Positions 8,758 through 18,114 of a stretch of DNA of 59,116 bases are shown here, one piece after another. Every line of letters starts with the position of its first letter. Positions within the stretch are counted from its first letter, which is position 1. A program made the position numbers and the translations under genes. Below the pieces are notes generated by a model. It worked only from the letters and a program-made list of their open reading frames with translations. It was not told the origin of the DNA and did no database searches. The DNA lies in assembly GCA_964443725.1 (NCBI GenBank), contig CAYUDP010000002.1:1-59116 (forward strand), read 5' to 3'. The stretch is from an uncultured Candidatus Saccharibacteria bacterium. Lineage in GTDB: Bacteria; Patescibacteriota; Minisyncoccia; Phycocordibacterales; JAKFXT01.

Positions 8758-8784
8758 CATCTGATATAATTTTAGAAAAGTTCT

Positions 8785-10539
8785 ATGCATGTAAAGGAGG
8801 AACAATTGAAGGATTTTATATTGGACTCTGGATTGGTAAACAGAGATGATTTGGTGTTGGCTGAAGAACAAGCAAAAAACCAAGGCCAATCTGTAGGTCT
8901 TGCTCTTGTGTCTATGGGTAAGATAACCGACGATGATCTCCGTCGTATGCACGCTTATCTATTGGGTATACCTTTTGTTAACTTGAAGGGACAAAAGGTA
9001 GATTTTGAAATATTGAATTTGATCCCTGAACCTATAGCTCGCAATCACAATATTGTTGCTTTTAAAAAGAATGAAGACTCTATGGAAGTTGCTATGCTAG
9101 ATGTTGAGGATCTTGGAGCTATTGATTTCGTAAAGAAAAAAGTTGGACTAAAGGTTTTGCCTAGATTGACCGATAACGATTCGATGAAGAGCGTCCTGCT
9201 TCAATATCAGAAGAGCCTTAAAGCTGAGTTTGGAGATATTATTCAGAAAGAGACCAATAGCCTAAAGACTTTAATGGAAGAACAAGGGGACGATGTTTCG
9301 GCTTCAGATTTGAAGAAATTGGCTGAAGATCTTCCTGTTGTGCGTATTGTCGATTCTCTATTGAAACATGCAATCATACAAAATGCTTCAGATATACATA
9401 TTGAGCCAATGGAGACACAGGTTTTGGTTAGATATAGGATTGATGGAATACTAAGGGATGCAATGGTGCTACCAAAGGAAGCCGGGTCATCAATAACTGC
9501 GCGTATAAAAGTCTTGTCTAATTTGAAACTTGATGAAAAGAGATTGCCACAGGATGGGCGTTTCAAAGTAGAGTCCGAGAGGGAAAAAGTTTCTTTTCGT
9601 GTATCTATCTTGCCTACATATTTTGGTGAAAAGACAGTCATGCGTTTGCTTAAAGAAAACGCAGGAGGGTTCAATCTAGAGGGGTTGGGATTTCATGGGG
9701 AAGGACTAGAGATGGTTCATGAGGCAACGAGACTTTCAAATGGACTTATTCTAACGACTGGGCCAACTGGATCAGGTAAAACAACAACTCTCTATACGGT
9801 CTTGGATATCTTGAATACTCCTGATGTGAATATTTCGACTATCGAAGATCCTATAGAATATCAAGTTCCAAGAATAAACCAGACACAAGTAAAGCCAGAG
9901 ATTGGTTTTTCTTTTGCATCAGGACTTAGGACTCTTGTTCGTCAGGATCCAGACATAATAATGGTAGGTGAAATACGCGACGAGGAAACCGCTGGGCTTG
10001 CAGTTAACGCCGCTTTGACTGGGCACTTAGTTCTTTCAACTCTACACACCAACTCTGCGGCTGGTGCTATACCACGTCTAGTCGATATGCAGGTAGAACC
10101 ATTTCTTCTTGTTTCTACGATTAGAGTTATTATTGCCCAGAGACTTATGAGAAGACTATGTTCTTCGAAAGAGGAATATAAGATGAATAAAGCTGAATTG
10201 GATAGGCTTGGTAAATATGTTGATTTAGATAGGATGCTTAAGTTTCTAAAGGAAGAAAAGGTAGTTGCTCCAAGTGCTAATTGGGAGAACATACCATTTT
10301 ATAGAGCAAAGCCAGGTAAAGATTGTGAAGATGGGTATGCAGGTCGTGTTTCTATTCATGAAGTCTTGAAAATGTCCCAAGTTATTAGAGATATGGTTAT
10401 AAAAGGGGCCACAGCCGATGATATTGAACTTCAGGCTAAGAAGGAAGGTATGATGACTATGCTTGAAGACGGGATATTCCAAGCTGTGAGAGGACTAACA
10501 ACGGTTGAAGAAGTTTTGCGTGTCGTAAATACAGAATAA
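8785..10539 (+). CDS. pilB: type IV pilus / type II secretion assembly ATPase (GspE/PilB family)
   Basis: Walker A GPTGSGKTTTLY, Asp box STIEDPIEY, Walker B IIMVGEIRD, His box TGHLVLSTLHTN, and an N-terminal T2SSE_N-like domain. Confidence 0.9.
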   Translation: MHVKEEQLKDFILDSGLVNRDDLVLAEEQAKNQGQSVGLALVSMGKITDDDLRRMHAYLLGIPFVNLKGQKVDFEILNLIPEPIARNHNIVAFKKNEDSMEVAMLDVEDLGAIDFVKKKVGLKVLPRLTDNDSMKSVLLQYQKSLKAEFGDIIQKETNSLKTLMEEQGDDVSASDLKKLAEDLPVVRIVDSLLKHAIIQNASDIHIEPMETQVLVRYRIDGILRDAMVLPKEAGSSITARIKVLSNLKLDEKRLPQDGRFKVESEREKVSFRVSILPTYFGEKTVMRLLKENAGGFNLEGLGFHGEGLEMVHEATRLSNGLILTTGPTGSGKTTTLYTVLDILNTPDVNISTIEDPIEYQVPRINQTQVKPEIGFSFASGLRTLVRQDPDIIMVGEIRDEETAGLAVNAALTGHLVLSTLHTNSAAGAIPRLVDMQVEPFLLVSTIRVIIAQRLMRRLCSSKEEYKMNKAELDRLGKYVDLDRMLKFLKEEKVVAPSANWENIPFYRAKPGKDCEDGYAGRVSIHEVLKMSQVIRDMVIKGATADDIELQAKKEGMMTMLEDGIFQAVRGLTTVEEVLRVVNTE

Positions 10540-10540
10540 T

Positions 10541-11758
10541 ATGCAGTTTAAGGTAAAAATCTTAAAAGAAGATGGAACTGATGAAGAAAAGATAATTGAG
10601 GCCCCAAACAAGGTAGCCCTTTATGATGTTATCAGGCAAGATGGTGGAAAATTGGTTTCAGCTAAAGAAGTGACGGGTAGTTTCTTGAATATAATTTACC
10701 ACAGGATAAATTCGATGCTTGGGCGAGTTGGGCAACAGGAAATTGTGATGTTTTCTAGAAATATATCTGCAATGCTAAAGGCTGGACTTTCTCTTTCTAG
10801 AGCCCTTTCTGTGATGGAGCACCAGACAAAAAATGAGAAATTTAAGAAAATACTTGGAGATGTAAATGAAGAGATAAAAAAAGGAGGTAATTTTTCAACG
10901 GGGCTTGCAAAATATCAAAGTATTTTTTCAGTACTTTTCGTATCTATGGTTAAAGCTGGAGAGGAGAGTGGTAATCTGGGGGATACCCTAGGTGTTATTG
11001 CAGATCAAATGGAGAAAACCTATCTTTTGAAAAAGAAAATAAAAGGGGCAATGATTTATCCGGCTGTTATTTTATCCGCCATGATAATAATAGGTGTTCT
11101 TATGATGATATATGTCGTTCCATCTCTTACAGGAACATTTAAAGAATTAAAAGTAGAGCTCCCTCCAACGACCAAAGTCATTATTGGTATATCTGATTTT
11201 CTCCAGAATCATACAATCCTCTTTTTGTTCATAGTTTTTGGTGTAATTTTTGGGATCGTTTCAGCTTCCAAGACAACTCCTGGGAAAAGGATGATAGATT
11301 ATATAACTCCTAGGTTTCCTGTACTTGGGGGTATTGTCCAAGAGGCCAATGCTGCACGTACGGCAAGAACTCTATCCTCACTTCTTTCTGCTGGCGTTGA
11401 AGTTGTTGGTGCTTTGTCTATTACAAAAGATGTATTACAAAATTCTTATTACAAGGAAGTTATAGACGAAGCGCAAGCCCAAATTCAGAAAGGGGCTCCG
11501 ATGTCTGCAGTTTTCATGGATCATGAAGAAATATACCCGATCTTGGTGGGGGAGATGATTAGTGTGGGGGAAGAAACAGGAGCTCTTTCAGATATGCTTT
11601 CTCGTTTGGCAATTTTTTATGAAACAGAGGTTGATCAAAAGACAAAAGATCTTTCCACAATAATAGAGCCGTTTCTTATGCTCTTCATTGGAGGGGCTGT
11701 AGGCTTTTTTGCAATCGCTATGATTTCGCCGACATATTCGATAATGAATAATATATAA
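10541..11758 (+). CDS. pilC: type IV pilus platform protein (GspF/PilC family)
   Basis: Two GspF repeats (FSRNISAMLKAGLSLSRAL; TARTLSSLLSAGVEVVGAL) with TM segments. It starts 1 nt after the pilB stop. Confidence 0.9.
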   Translation: MQFKVKILKEDGTDEEKIIEAPNKVALYDVIRQDGGKLVSAKEVTGSFLNIIYHRINSMLGRVGQQEIVMFSRNISAMLKAGLSLSRALSVMEHQTKNEKFKKILGDVNEEIKKGGNFSTGLAKYQSIFSVLFVSMVKAGEESGNLGDTLGVIADQMEKTYLLKKKIKGAMIYPAVILSAMIIIGVLMMIYVVPSLTGTFKELKVELPPTTKVIIGISDFLQNHTILFLFIVFGVIFGIVSASKTTPGKRMIDYITPRFPVLGGIVQEANAARTARTLSSLLSAGVEVVGALSITKDVLQNSYYKEVIDEAQAQIQKGAPMSAVFMDHEEIYPILVGEMISVGEETGALSDMLSRLAIFYETEVDQKTKDLSTIIEPFLMLFIGGAVGFFAIAMISPTYSIMNNI

Positions 11759-11766
11759 TTTAAAAG

Positions 11767-13575
11767 ATGAGTTTTTATTCAAATAGAAGAAAATTAAATT
11801 CCGGCATGTCTCTAGTTGAGGTTTTGGTTGGAACAGCTGTTTTTCTACTGATTGCGCTTTCTGTTTATGAAAGCTATGTAGGTCTGTTTAATCTGGTAAG
11901 AATTTCTCGAACGAAAGTCACTGCTTCAAATTTGGCTAATGAACAATTTGAAATAGCGAAGAATCTACCTTACTCAAGTGTTGGACTGGTTTCAGGAGTA
12001 CCGTCTGGAGTTCTCCAAAGGTTTCAGGATATAACTCGCGATGGTATTACTTTTCATGTGACGACAACAATCAGAAATGTCGATGATCCTTTTGATGGTA
12101 CCGCTGGAGGTGCTCCCAATGATCTTTCTCCTGCTGATTACAAACTTATGGAGGTTCAAGTTGATTGTCTCTCTTGCAAGAATTACACCCCGCTTGTTTT
12201 TACAGGGAGAATATCACCAAAGTCACTCGAATCAAATTCAAGCAATGGATCTCTATTTGTGAGGGCTATTGATTCTTCTGGAAACCCTATAATGAACGCC
12301 CAAGTGAGCGTGGTGAATACACCATTGTCTATAAATATAGCTGAAGAGACGGATAGTAATGGTATGTTGCAGATTGTTGATGCTCCACCATCCGTAAATA
12401 ATTATCAGATTACTGTTACTAAGTCAGGATATTCAACTGAACAAACGTATCCACTTGGGGGTTCGGGACTTGAAAATCCAAGCAATCCTCATGCTACTGT
12501 GATAATACAAAACGTTACTCAAAAGAGTTTTGCGATAGACAGGGTGGGTACAATAAATCTCTCTACTGTAACTGAAAGTTGTACACCAGTCCCAAATGTG
12601 TCTTTTAACATAAAAGGTTCAAAAACACTTGGAACAAATTCCTCGGGTAATCCCGTTTTAAAATATGACAATACTTTCACTACTAGTGGTGCGGGAGTGA
12701 AGACCTTGAATTCTCTTGAGTGGGATACATATAGTATCGCCCTTTCAGACGCAAGCTATGTCTTACGCGGAACTATATCTCCTCTGCCTGTAAATTTGGC
12801 CCCAAACAGTTCACAAAATGTGACTCTTGCTGTTAATGCAAAAGATCCAGATTCTCTTATGGTTACTATTAAAGATGCTGCAACTGGGCTTCCTGTGACA
12901 GACGCTACTGTGACTATCGAAGATAGTGATGGACATGATCATTCCCTTACTACTGGTAGAGGCTTTCTGTCCCAAAGTGATTGGTCTAGTGGTGGGGGGC
13001 AAGAATCATTTACTGAGGGGCAGTTCTCAAATTCTGATGGGAATATAGATTATTCAGTTTTGCCAGGGGCGTTGAGGTTGAAAGAGTTTTTTGGTGCATT
13101 TGTGACCAATGGAGAATTAACCTCTTCAACTTTTGATACAGGGTCGGCAAGTAATTTTTACCAACTTTTATGGAATCCAACTACACAGCCAGTCGATGTG
13201 GGAACTCCAAACGTTAGATTCCAGATCGCAACCAACAATGACCAGACTACTTGGAACTACAAAGGTCCAGATGGCACCTCTGGAACCTATTACACTATTG
13301 GTAACCAGAATATCCATGCTTCAAATAACGGTAATAGGTACCTGAGATATAAGTTGTTTATGGATTCTGCGGTCAATTACAATACCCCAAGTATTTCAGA
13401 TGTATCTTTCACTTTTACTTCAGCCTGTGTTCCACCAGGGCAGGTTCTATTTAAGCATTTGGATTCAGGTAATTATTCAGTTTCAGTGAGTAAGGTTGGA
13501 TATCAGACATATTCAGGTACAGTTAATGTAAGTACTGGGTGGCAAAATTTTGATATTTCATTACAGCCAGAATAA
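11767..13575 (+). CDS. large prepilin-type N-terminal cleavage/methylation domain protein (minor pilin-like, 602 aa)
   Basis: Class III signal ...NSG|MSLVEVLVGTAVFLLIAL. Carboxypeptidase-regulatory-like beta-sandwich segments (NAQVSVVNT...SNGMLQIVD...YQITVTKSGYSTEQ; GNYSVSVSKVGYQTYSG). Confidence 0.75.
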   Translation: MSFYSNRRKLNSGMSLVEVLVGTAVFLLIALSVYESYVGLFNLVRISRTKVTASNLANEQFEIAKNLPYSSVGLVSGVPSGVLQRFQDITRDGITFHVTTTIRNVDDPFDGTAGGAPNDLSPADYKLMEVQVDCLSCKNYTPLVFTGRISPKSLESNSSNGSLFVRAIDSSGNPIMNAQVSVVNTPLSINIAEETDSNGMLQIVDAPPSVNNYQITVTKSGYSTEQTYPLGGSGLENPSNPHATVIIQNVTQKSFAIDRVGTINLSTVTESCTPVPNVSFNIKGSKTLGTNSSGNPVLKYDNTFTTSGAGVKTLNSLEWDTYSIALSDASYVLRGTISPLPVNLAPNSSQNVTLAVNAKDPDSLMVTIKDAATGLPVTDATVTIEDSDGHDHSLTTGRGFLSQSDWSSGGGQESFTEGQFSNSDGNIDYSVLPGALRLKEFFGAFVTNGELTSSTFDTGSASNFYQLLWNPTTQPVDVGTPNVRFQIATNNDQTTWNYKGPDGTSGTYYTIGNQNIHASNNGNRYLRYKLFMDSAVNYNTPSISDVSFTFTSACVPPGQVLFKHLDSGNYSVSVSKVGYQTYSGTVNVSTGWQNFDISLQPE

Positions 13576-13598
13576 ACAATTGTGCAAAATAATTAATT

Positions 13599-14219
13599 AT
13601 GCAAAAAATATTTAATAAAAATAATTTAAGAAATGAAGGGATGACACTTGCTGAGATTTTGGTTGCAATGGCTATCATCACAGTGATTGGCCTTGCAATA
13701 AGTACATTTGCTAGAGATTTGTTTATGTATTCTGGTACAGTCCAGAGTAATCTATCAGCCCAACAAGACGCAAGACAAATGCTTAGGCAATTTGCCTCAG
13801 AGTTGAGAATTGCTTCACAGTCTAGTACCGGAACGTATCCTATAAGTGAGGCATCTGATACCGCAATAACTTTTTACTCTGATTTAAATGGAGACGGTAT
13901 AAAAGATAGAGTTAGGTATTATGTTTCTGGTAATATGATAAAAAAAGATGTTCTTGTACCTACAGGACTTCCTCTTGCATACACTGGTACACCCGCTACG
14001 TCTATTGTTATGAGAGATTTGTCTGTTACGACGGGGATATTTAGTTATTATGACAAAAATTACACAGGGACAAGCGCACCCTTGGGTTCTCCTGTTGATG
14101 TATCAAGCGTCAGGTTGGTAAAAATGAATATTACTATTGATCGAGACCCAAACAGATCGCCAACTCCTATTAATGTCACTACTCAGGTTGTAATTAGAAA
14201 CCTAAAAGATAACCTATGA
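13599..14219 (+). CDS. prepilin-type N-terminal domain protein (minor pilin-like)
   Basis: Leader MQKIFNKNNLRNEG|MTLAEILVAMAIITVIGLAI. Confidence 0.7.
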   Translation: MQKIFNKNNLRNEGMTLAEILVAMAIITVIGLAISTFARDLFMYSGTVQSNLSAQQDARQMLRQFASELRIASQSSTGTYPISEASDTAITFYSDLNGDGIKDRVRYYVSGNMIKKDVLVPTGLPLAYTGTPATSIVMRDLSVTTGIFSYYDKNYTGTSAPLGSPVDVSSVRLVKMNITIDRDPNRSPTPINVTTQVVIRNLKDNL

Positions 14220-15661
14220 TTAAAAACCAGAAAAATAGAGGTCTTGTTTTGGTTCAGGTTTTAGTTTTTGCAGTTGTTGCTGTTGTTACCCTAACTGGGC
14301 TTATTGGGTGGGCGGGGGCCAATATAAAAGCTTCAAGAGAATCTTTTTATCGAGAGCAAGCATTTGAAATTGCCGAAGCTGGGATTGAGTATTATAGATG
14401 GCATTTGGCTCACAACCCCACTGACTTTCAAGATGGAACAGGAGCTAGTGGCCCATATATACATGCTTATTACGATAAAGATGGTGTAAGAATTGGTCAG
14501 TTTGAGCTAACTATTACTTCTCCTCCAGTCGGGTCAACTATTGTTGATGTAAAATCAAAGGGATTGGTAGATTCGTACCCTAGTGTTTATAGAAAAATAG
14601 AAGCGAAGTTTGCAAAGCCCTCTTTTGCAAAATATGCTTTCGTTACAAATACTGATGTAGCTTATGGAAATGGAGATATTGTCTATGGGCCGATACACAC
14701 AAATGGAGGCGTGGCTTTTTATGGTACAGCTATTGCTTATAATACTGTATCGAGCGCTTTAACTACATATGATGATCCAGACCACTCTGGTTCTAATGAA
14801 TGGGCGGTTCATACACATAAGGCACCTGTCGATCCATTGCCTCCAACTGCCCTGCCAACTAGAAGCGATGTTTTTACTGCGGGGAGATTTTTGCCAGTTC
14901 CTGTGGTTGACTTTAACGGTATTACTTCTGATTTGTCGTCTATAAAAACCAACGCTCAGGCATCCGGGTTTTATAGATCTGGTTCAGGGGGGTTGGGTTA
15001 TCTTGTTGTTTTGAAGACGAATGATACTTTTGATCTTTATAAAGTGACAGCTCTAGTTGCTGTGCCTTCGAATTGTACAAATATTTATAGTCAATCTGGG
15101 TGGGGAACATGGAGTGTCAATACAAAAACTCTTCTTGGTAACTATGCCATACCTGCAAATGGGCTGATTTTTCTTGAAGATCATGTCTGGGTAGAGGGAC
15201 AAATAAATTCAGCGAGAGTGACGATTGGGGCCGGCACTTTTCCAGCAAGCCCAGCTACTTATAAAAATATTATTGTTAACAATAATCTCGCCTATACTAA
15301 CTATGATGGTCAGGATGTTATTTCTCTTATTGCGCAAGGGAGCTTTTATGTTGGTTATGTAAGTGCTGATAACTTGAGAATCGATGGGGCAATAATTGCT
15401 CAAAATGGAGCTGCCATAAGGTTTTATTACCAGCCAGCATCAAGTGGTAAAACCAGATGTAATGCTTATGCTTCGAGAAGTTCACTTACTACCTATGGGA
15501 TGACTGCCAGCAATCAAAGAGCTTATTTTGCATACTCTGATGGTAATGGGTATGCTACTCAGCCAGCTTATTATGATGCCAACTTACTATATGGGCCACC
15601 ACCATCATTCCCCCTAGTTTCCGATCAATATCAAACTATTTCTTGGCAGGAGATTAGATAA
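14216..15661 (+). CDS. pilin-like/PilX-like anchored protein, 481 aa
   Basis: ATGA overlap with the upstream gene. The N-terminus NRG|LVLVQVLVFAVVAVVTL is pilin-like but lacks Glu5. Confidence 0.6.
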   Translation: MIKNQKNRGLVLVQVLVFAVVAVVTLTGLIGWAGANIKASRESFYREQAFEIAEAGIEYYRWHLAHNPTDFQDGTGASGPYIHAYYDKDGVRIGQFELTITSPPVGSTIVDVKSKGLVDSYPSVYRKIEAKFAKPSFAKYAFVTNTDVAYGNGDIVYGPIHTNGGVAFYGTAIAYNTVSSALTTYDDPDHSGSNEWAVHTHKAPVDPLPPTALPTRSDVFTAGRFLPVPVVDFNGITSDLSSIKTNAQASGFYRSGSGGLGYLVVLKTNDTFDLYKVTALVAVPSNCTNIYSQSGWGTWSVNTKTLLGNYAIPANGLIFLEDHVWVEGQINSARVTIGAGTFPASPATYKNIIVNNNLAYTNYDGQDVISLIAQGSFYVGYVSADNLRIDGAIIAQNGAAIRFYYQPASSGKTRCNAYASRSSLTTYGMTASNQRAYFAYSDGNGYATQPAYYDANLLYGPPPSFPLVSDQYQTISWQEIR

Positions 15662-15740
15662 TTCTAAAAATCTTTTTCACAAGAATGTAAAATTACCCAT
15701 TTTTATGGGTAATTCACGCATGGTGTATAATTGTCTCTAT

Positions 15741-16517
15741 ATGAAAAAACAATCAAAATCTAAAGTTAGTAAAACTAAGAAAATCCCAATCATTGTTGCC
15801 AATTGGAAGACTAACCCAGTAAATATTTCTAAGGCGAAAGATTTGGTGAATAGTTTTGCAAAAAATTTGAAATATGAAGTGATAGTTTGCCCACCGTCTG
15901 TGTATTCATCTTTAGTTATTGATTTTTCAAAAAATAAGAAGATAAAATTTGGATTGCAAAATGTTTCTGAATTTAATGAAGGGGCACATACTGGAGAGGT
16001 TGGGGCTAAAATGGCCAAATCAGTCGGTTACACCCATTCAATAATAGGACACTCAGAAAGGCGAAAAGGAGGAGAGACAAGCGAGATGGTGTCTCGAAAG
16101 GTTTTTGAAACAGTAAAGTCTGGCCTTACCCCTATAGTATGTATCGGTGAAGATGTGAGAGACAGTGAAGGAGGTTATTTGTCTATGTTGAAAAATCAAA
16201 TTTATGAATCTCTGTCTTCTCTTACTGAAAAAGATTTTAGCAAGATAATAATTGCTTATGAACCTGTTTGGGCGATTGGAGCAGAAAAACCAGTGATCCC
16301 CCAAGATCTTCATGAGACCTCGCTTTTCATAAGAAAAGCCTTATCAGAAAAATTTGGTCCGAAGGCTCTTAAGGTTAGGATGTTGTATGGTGGGTCGGTA
16401 TTTCCTGAAAATGCAAAAGCCCTTATTGATGGTGGTGAGATAGACGGATTTCTGCTTGGTAGGGTGTCTCTGGATCAAAAGGGCTTCAGAAAATTAATAG
16501 ATATTTTGCTTGCGTAA
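15741..16517 (+). CDS. tpiA: triosephosphate isomerase
   Basis: ANWKTN, IGHSERR and AYEPVWAIG motifs. I prefer the ATG at 15741 (MKKQSK...) over the ORF-track start at 15705. Confidence 0.9.
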   Translation: MKKQSKSKVSKTKKIPIIVANWKTNPVNISKAKDLVNSFAKNLKYEVIVCPPSVYSSLVIDFSKNKKIKFGLQNVSEFNEGAHTGEVGAKMAKSVGYTHSIIGHSERRKGGETSEMVSRKVFETVKSGLTPIVCIGEDVRDSEGGYLSMLKNQIYESLSSLTEKDFSKIIIAYEPVWAIGAEKPVIPQDLHETSLFIRKALSEKFGPKALKVRMLYGGSVFPENAKALIDGGEIDGFLLGRVSLDQKGFRKLIDILLA

Positions 16518-16520
16518 AAT

Positions 16521-17657
16521 ATGGAAGGGTATCCGTCCATGCAGTTAATAGGGGACATAGAAGGAAAAAACTGTATTCTAAGGGTTGATTTTAATGTACC
16601 TATTCAAAATGGGGTTATCGTGGACGATTTTCGCATAAAGCAATCTCTGAAGACGATAGAATTTCTAAGAAAAAAACGCGCTAAGGTAATAATTGTAAGT
16701 CATATTGAAAATGAAGAGGGGGCAAGTTTGAAGCCTGTTGCTGATTATCTTCAAAAAAAAATGCCAGTTCATTTTATTGTGTCAGACAATTTGTCAGATA
16801 TAAAAGCTGGAGTGGACGCTTCCTCTTCAGATGAATTGATAATACTAGAAAATATTCGTAGGTTTAGTGAGGAGAAGGAAAATGTTCCAGAATTTTCTAT
16901 GCATTTATCCAAGTTGGGACACCTGTATGTAAATGAGGCCTTCTCGGTTTCTCATAGGAGGCATGCATCGATTGTTGGAGTTCCAAGTTTCTTGCCGGCA
17001 TATTTCGGTTTCAATTTCATGAAAGAAGTTGAAAATTTATCGTCAGCCTTTCATCCAGATAGACCTTTTCTGTTTATTTTGGGTGGAGCAAAGTTTCAAA
17101 CGAAAGCTCCACTTATAAAAAAATTTTTAGAAAAATCCGATGATGTTTTTGTAGGTGGGGCACTAGCTAATGATTTTATTAAGGAAAAAGGCTTGAATGT
17201 AGGGAGGTCTCTTACTTCAGAGGAATTACCAAGCAAAGAGATTATTGATAATAAAAAAATCATTTTTCCTATTGATGTTGTAGTGCACAAGAGTGACGGA
17301 GAAAGAAAGACAGTTCTAATAAATGAAATAGAAGACGGAGATATTGTTTCAGATATTGGAGATAGGACGATTGAAATGTTAAGGAGGTATATTGGCAAGG
17401 CCTCTATGATACTTTGGAATGGCCCACTTGGTTTTTATGAATATGGATTTGATTTTGGAACAAAAGAAGTTGCAAAAGCAGTTTCTAAAAATGAGGGCAG
17501 AACTATTGTTGGTGGTGGTGATACTGTTGCTCTAATACAAAAAATGAAAATAGAAGATGATTTTACTTTTGTATCAACTGCAGGTGGAGCAATGCTCGAC
17601 TTCCTTTCCAATGAAACTTTACCTGGTATTGAGGCTATTTTAAATAAGACTAAATAA
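16521..17657 (+). CDS. pgk: phosphoglycerate kinase
   Basis: LRVDFNVP, NEAFSVSHRRHAS, WNGPLGFYE and GGGDT motifs. An alternative start lies at 16539. Confidence 0.9.
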   Translation: MEGYPSMQLIGDIEGKNCILRVDFNVPIQNGVIVDDFRIKQSLKTIEFLRKKRAKVIIVSHIENEEGASLKPVADYLQKKMPVHFIVSDNLSDIKAGVDASSSDELIILENIRRFSEEKENVPEFSMHLSKLGHLYVNEAFSVSHRRHASIVGVPSFLPAYFGFNFMKEVENLSSAFHPDRPFLFILGGAKFQTKAPLIKKFLEKSDDVFVGGALANDFIKEKGLNVGRSLTSEELPSKEIIDNKKIIFPIDVVVHKSDGERKTVLINEIEDGDIVSDIGDRTIEMLRRYIGKASMILWNGPLGFYEYGFDFGTKEVAKAVSKNEGRTIVGGGDTVALIQKMKIEDDFTFVSTAGGAMLDFLSNETLPGIEAILNKTK

Positions 17658-18060
17658 ATTCTTTAATTTTGCGAGCAGTTTCTTCAATCTGTTCTTTCGG
17701 GGTGTCTTTGCCGTGCCAGAGTGTCAGCCCGTCGTCGATAAATCTAGGGATTATGTGAAAATGAAGATGAAAAACAGCTTGTCCTGCCGGAGCATCATTG
17801 TTTTGGTTTACGTTTATACCATCCGCAAGGAGTGCTATCTTTAAAATACTGGCGATTTTCCCCGCTACAATGGCCGTTTTTGAAAGTGTTTCCTCATCTG
17901 CTTCGTAGATATTTGCCACGTGTTTTTTTGGGATAACTAAGCTATGGCCCTTGGTATTTGGGCGTATATCTAGGAACGCTATAGTATAATCATCCTCATA
18001 AATTTTTTCACAAGGAATCTCGCCACTCGCGATTTTACAAAAAATGCAGTCTTCTTTCAT
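17650..18060 (-). CDS. HIT-family (histidine triad) nucleotide hydrolase
   Basis: CIFCKI zinc motif and the histidine triad HLHFHIIP. Confidence 0.85.
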   Translation of the reverse strand: MKEDCIFCKIASGEIPCEKIYEDDYTIAFLDIRPNTKGHSLVIPKKHVANIYEADEETLSKTAIVAGKIASILKIALLADGINVNQNNDAPAGQAVFHLHFHIIPRFIDDGLTLWHGKDTPKEQIEETARKIKEFI

Positions 18061-18114
18061 AGGTTAAATGTGTTATAGAAATTGTAGATCTATTATATAT
18101 GATAAAATCTGTCC

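Noticed and set aside
17650-17657. The 8-nt convergent overlap of the pgk and HIT gene 3-prime ends
   Set aside because: This is a common consequence of compact genomes, and no regulatory significance is evident.
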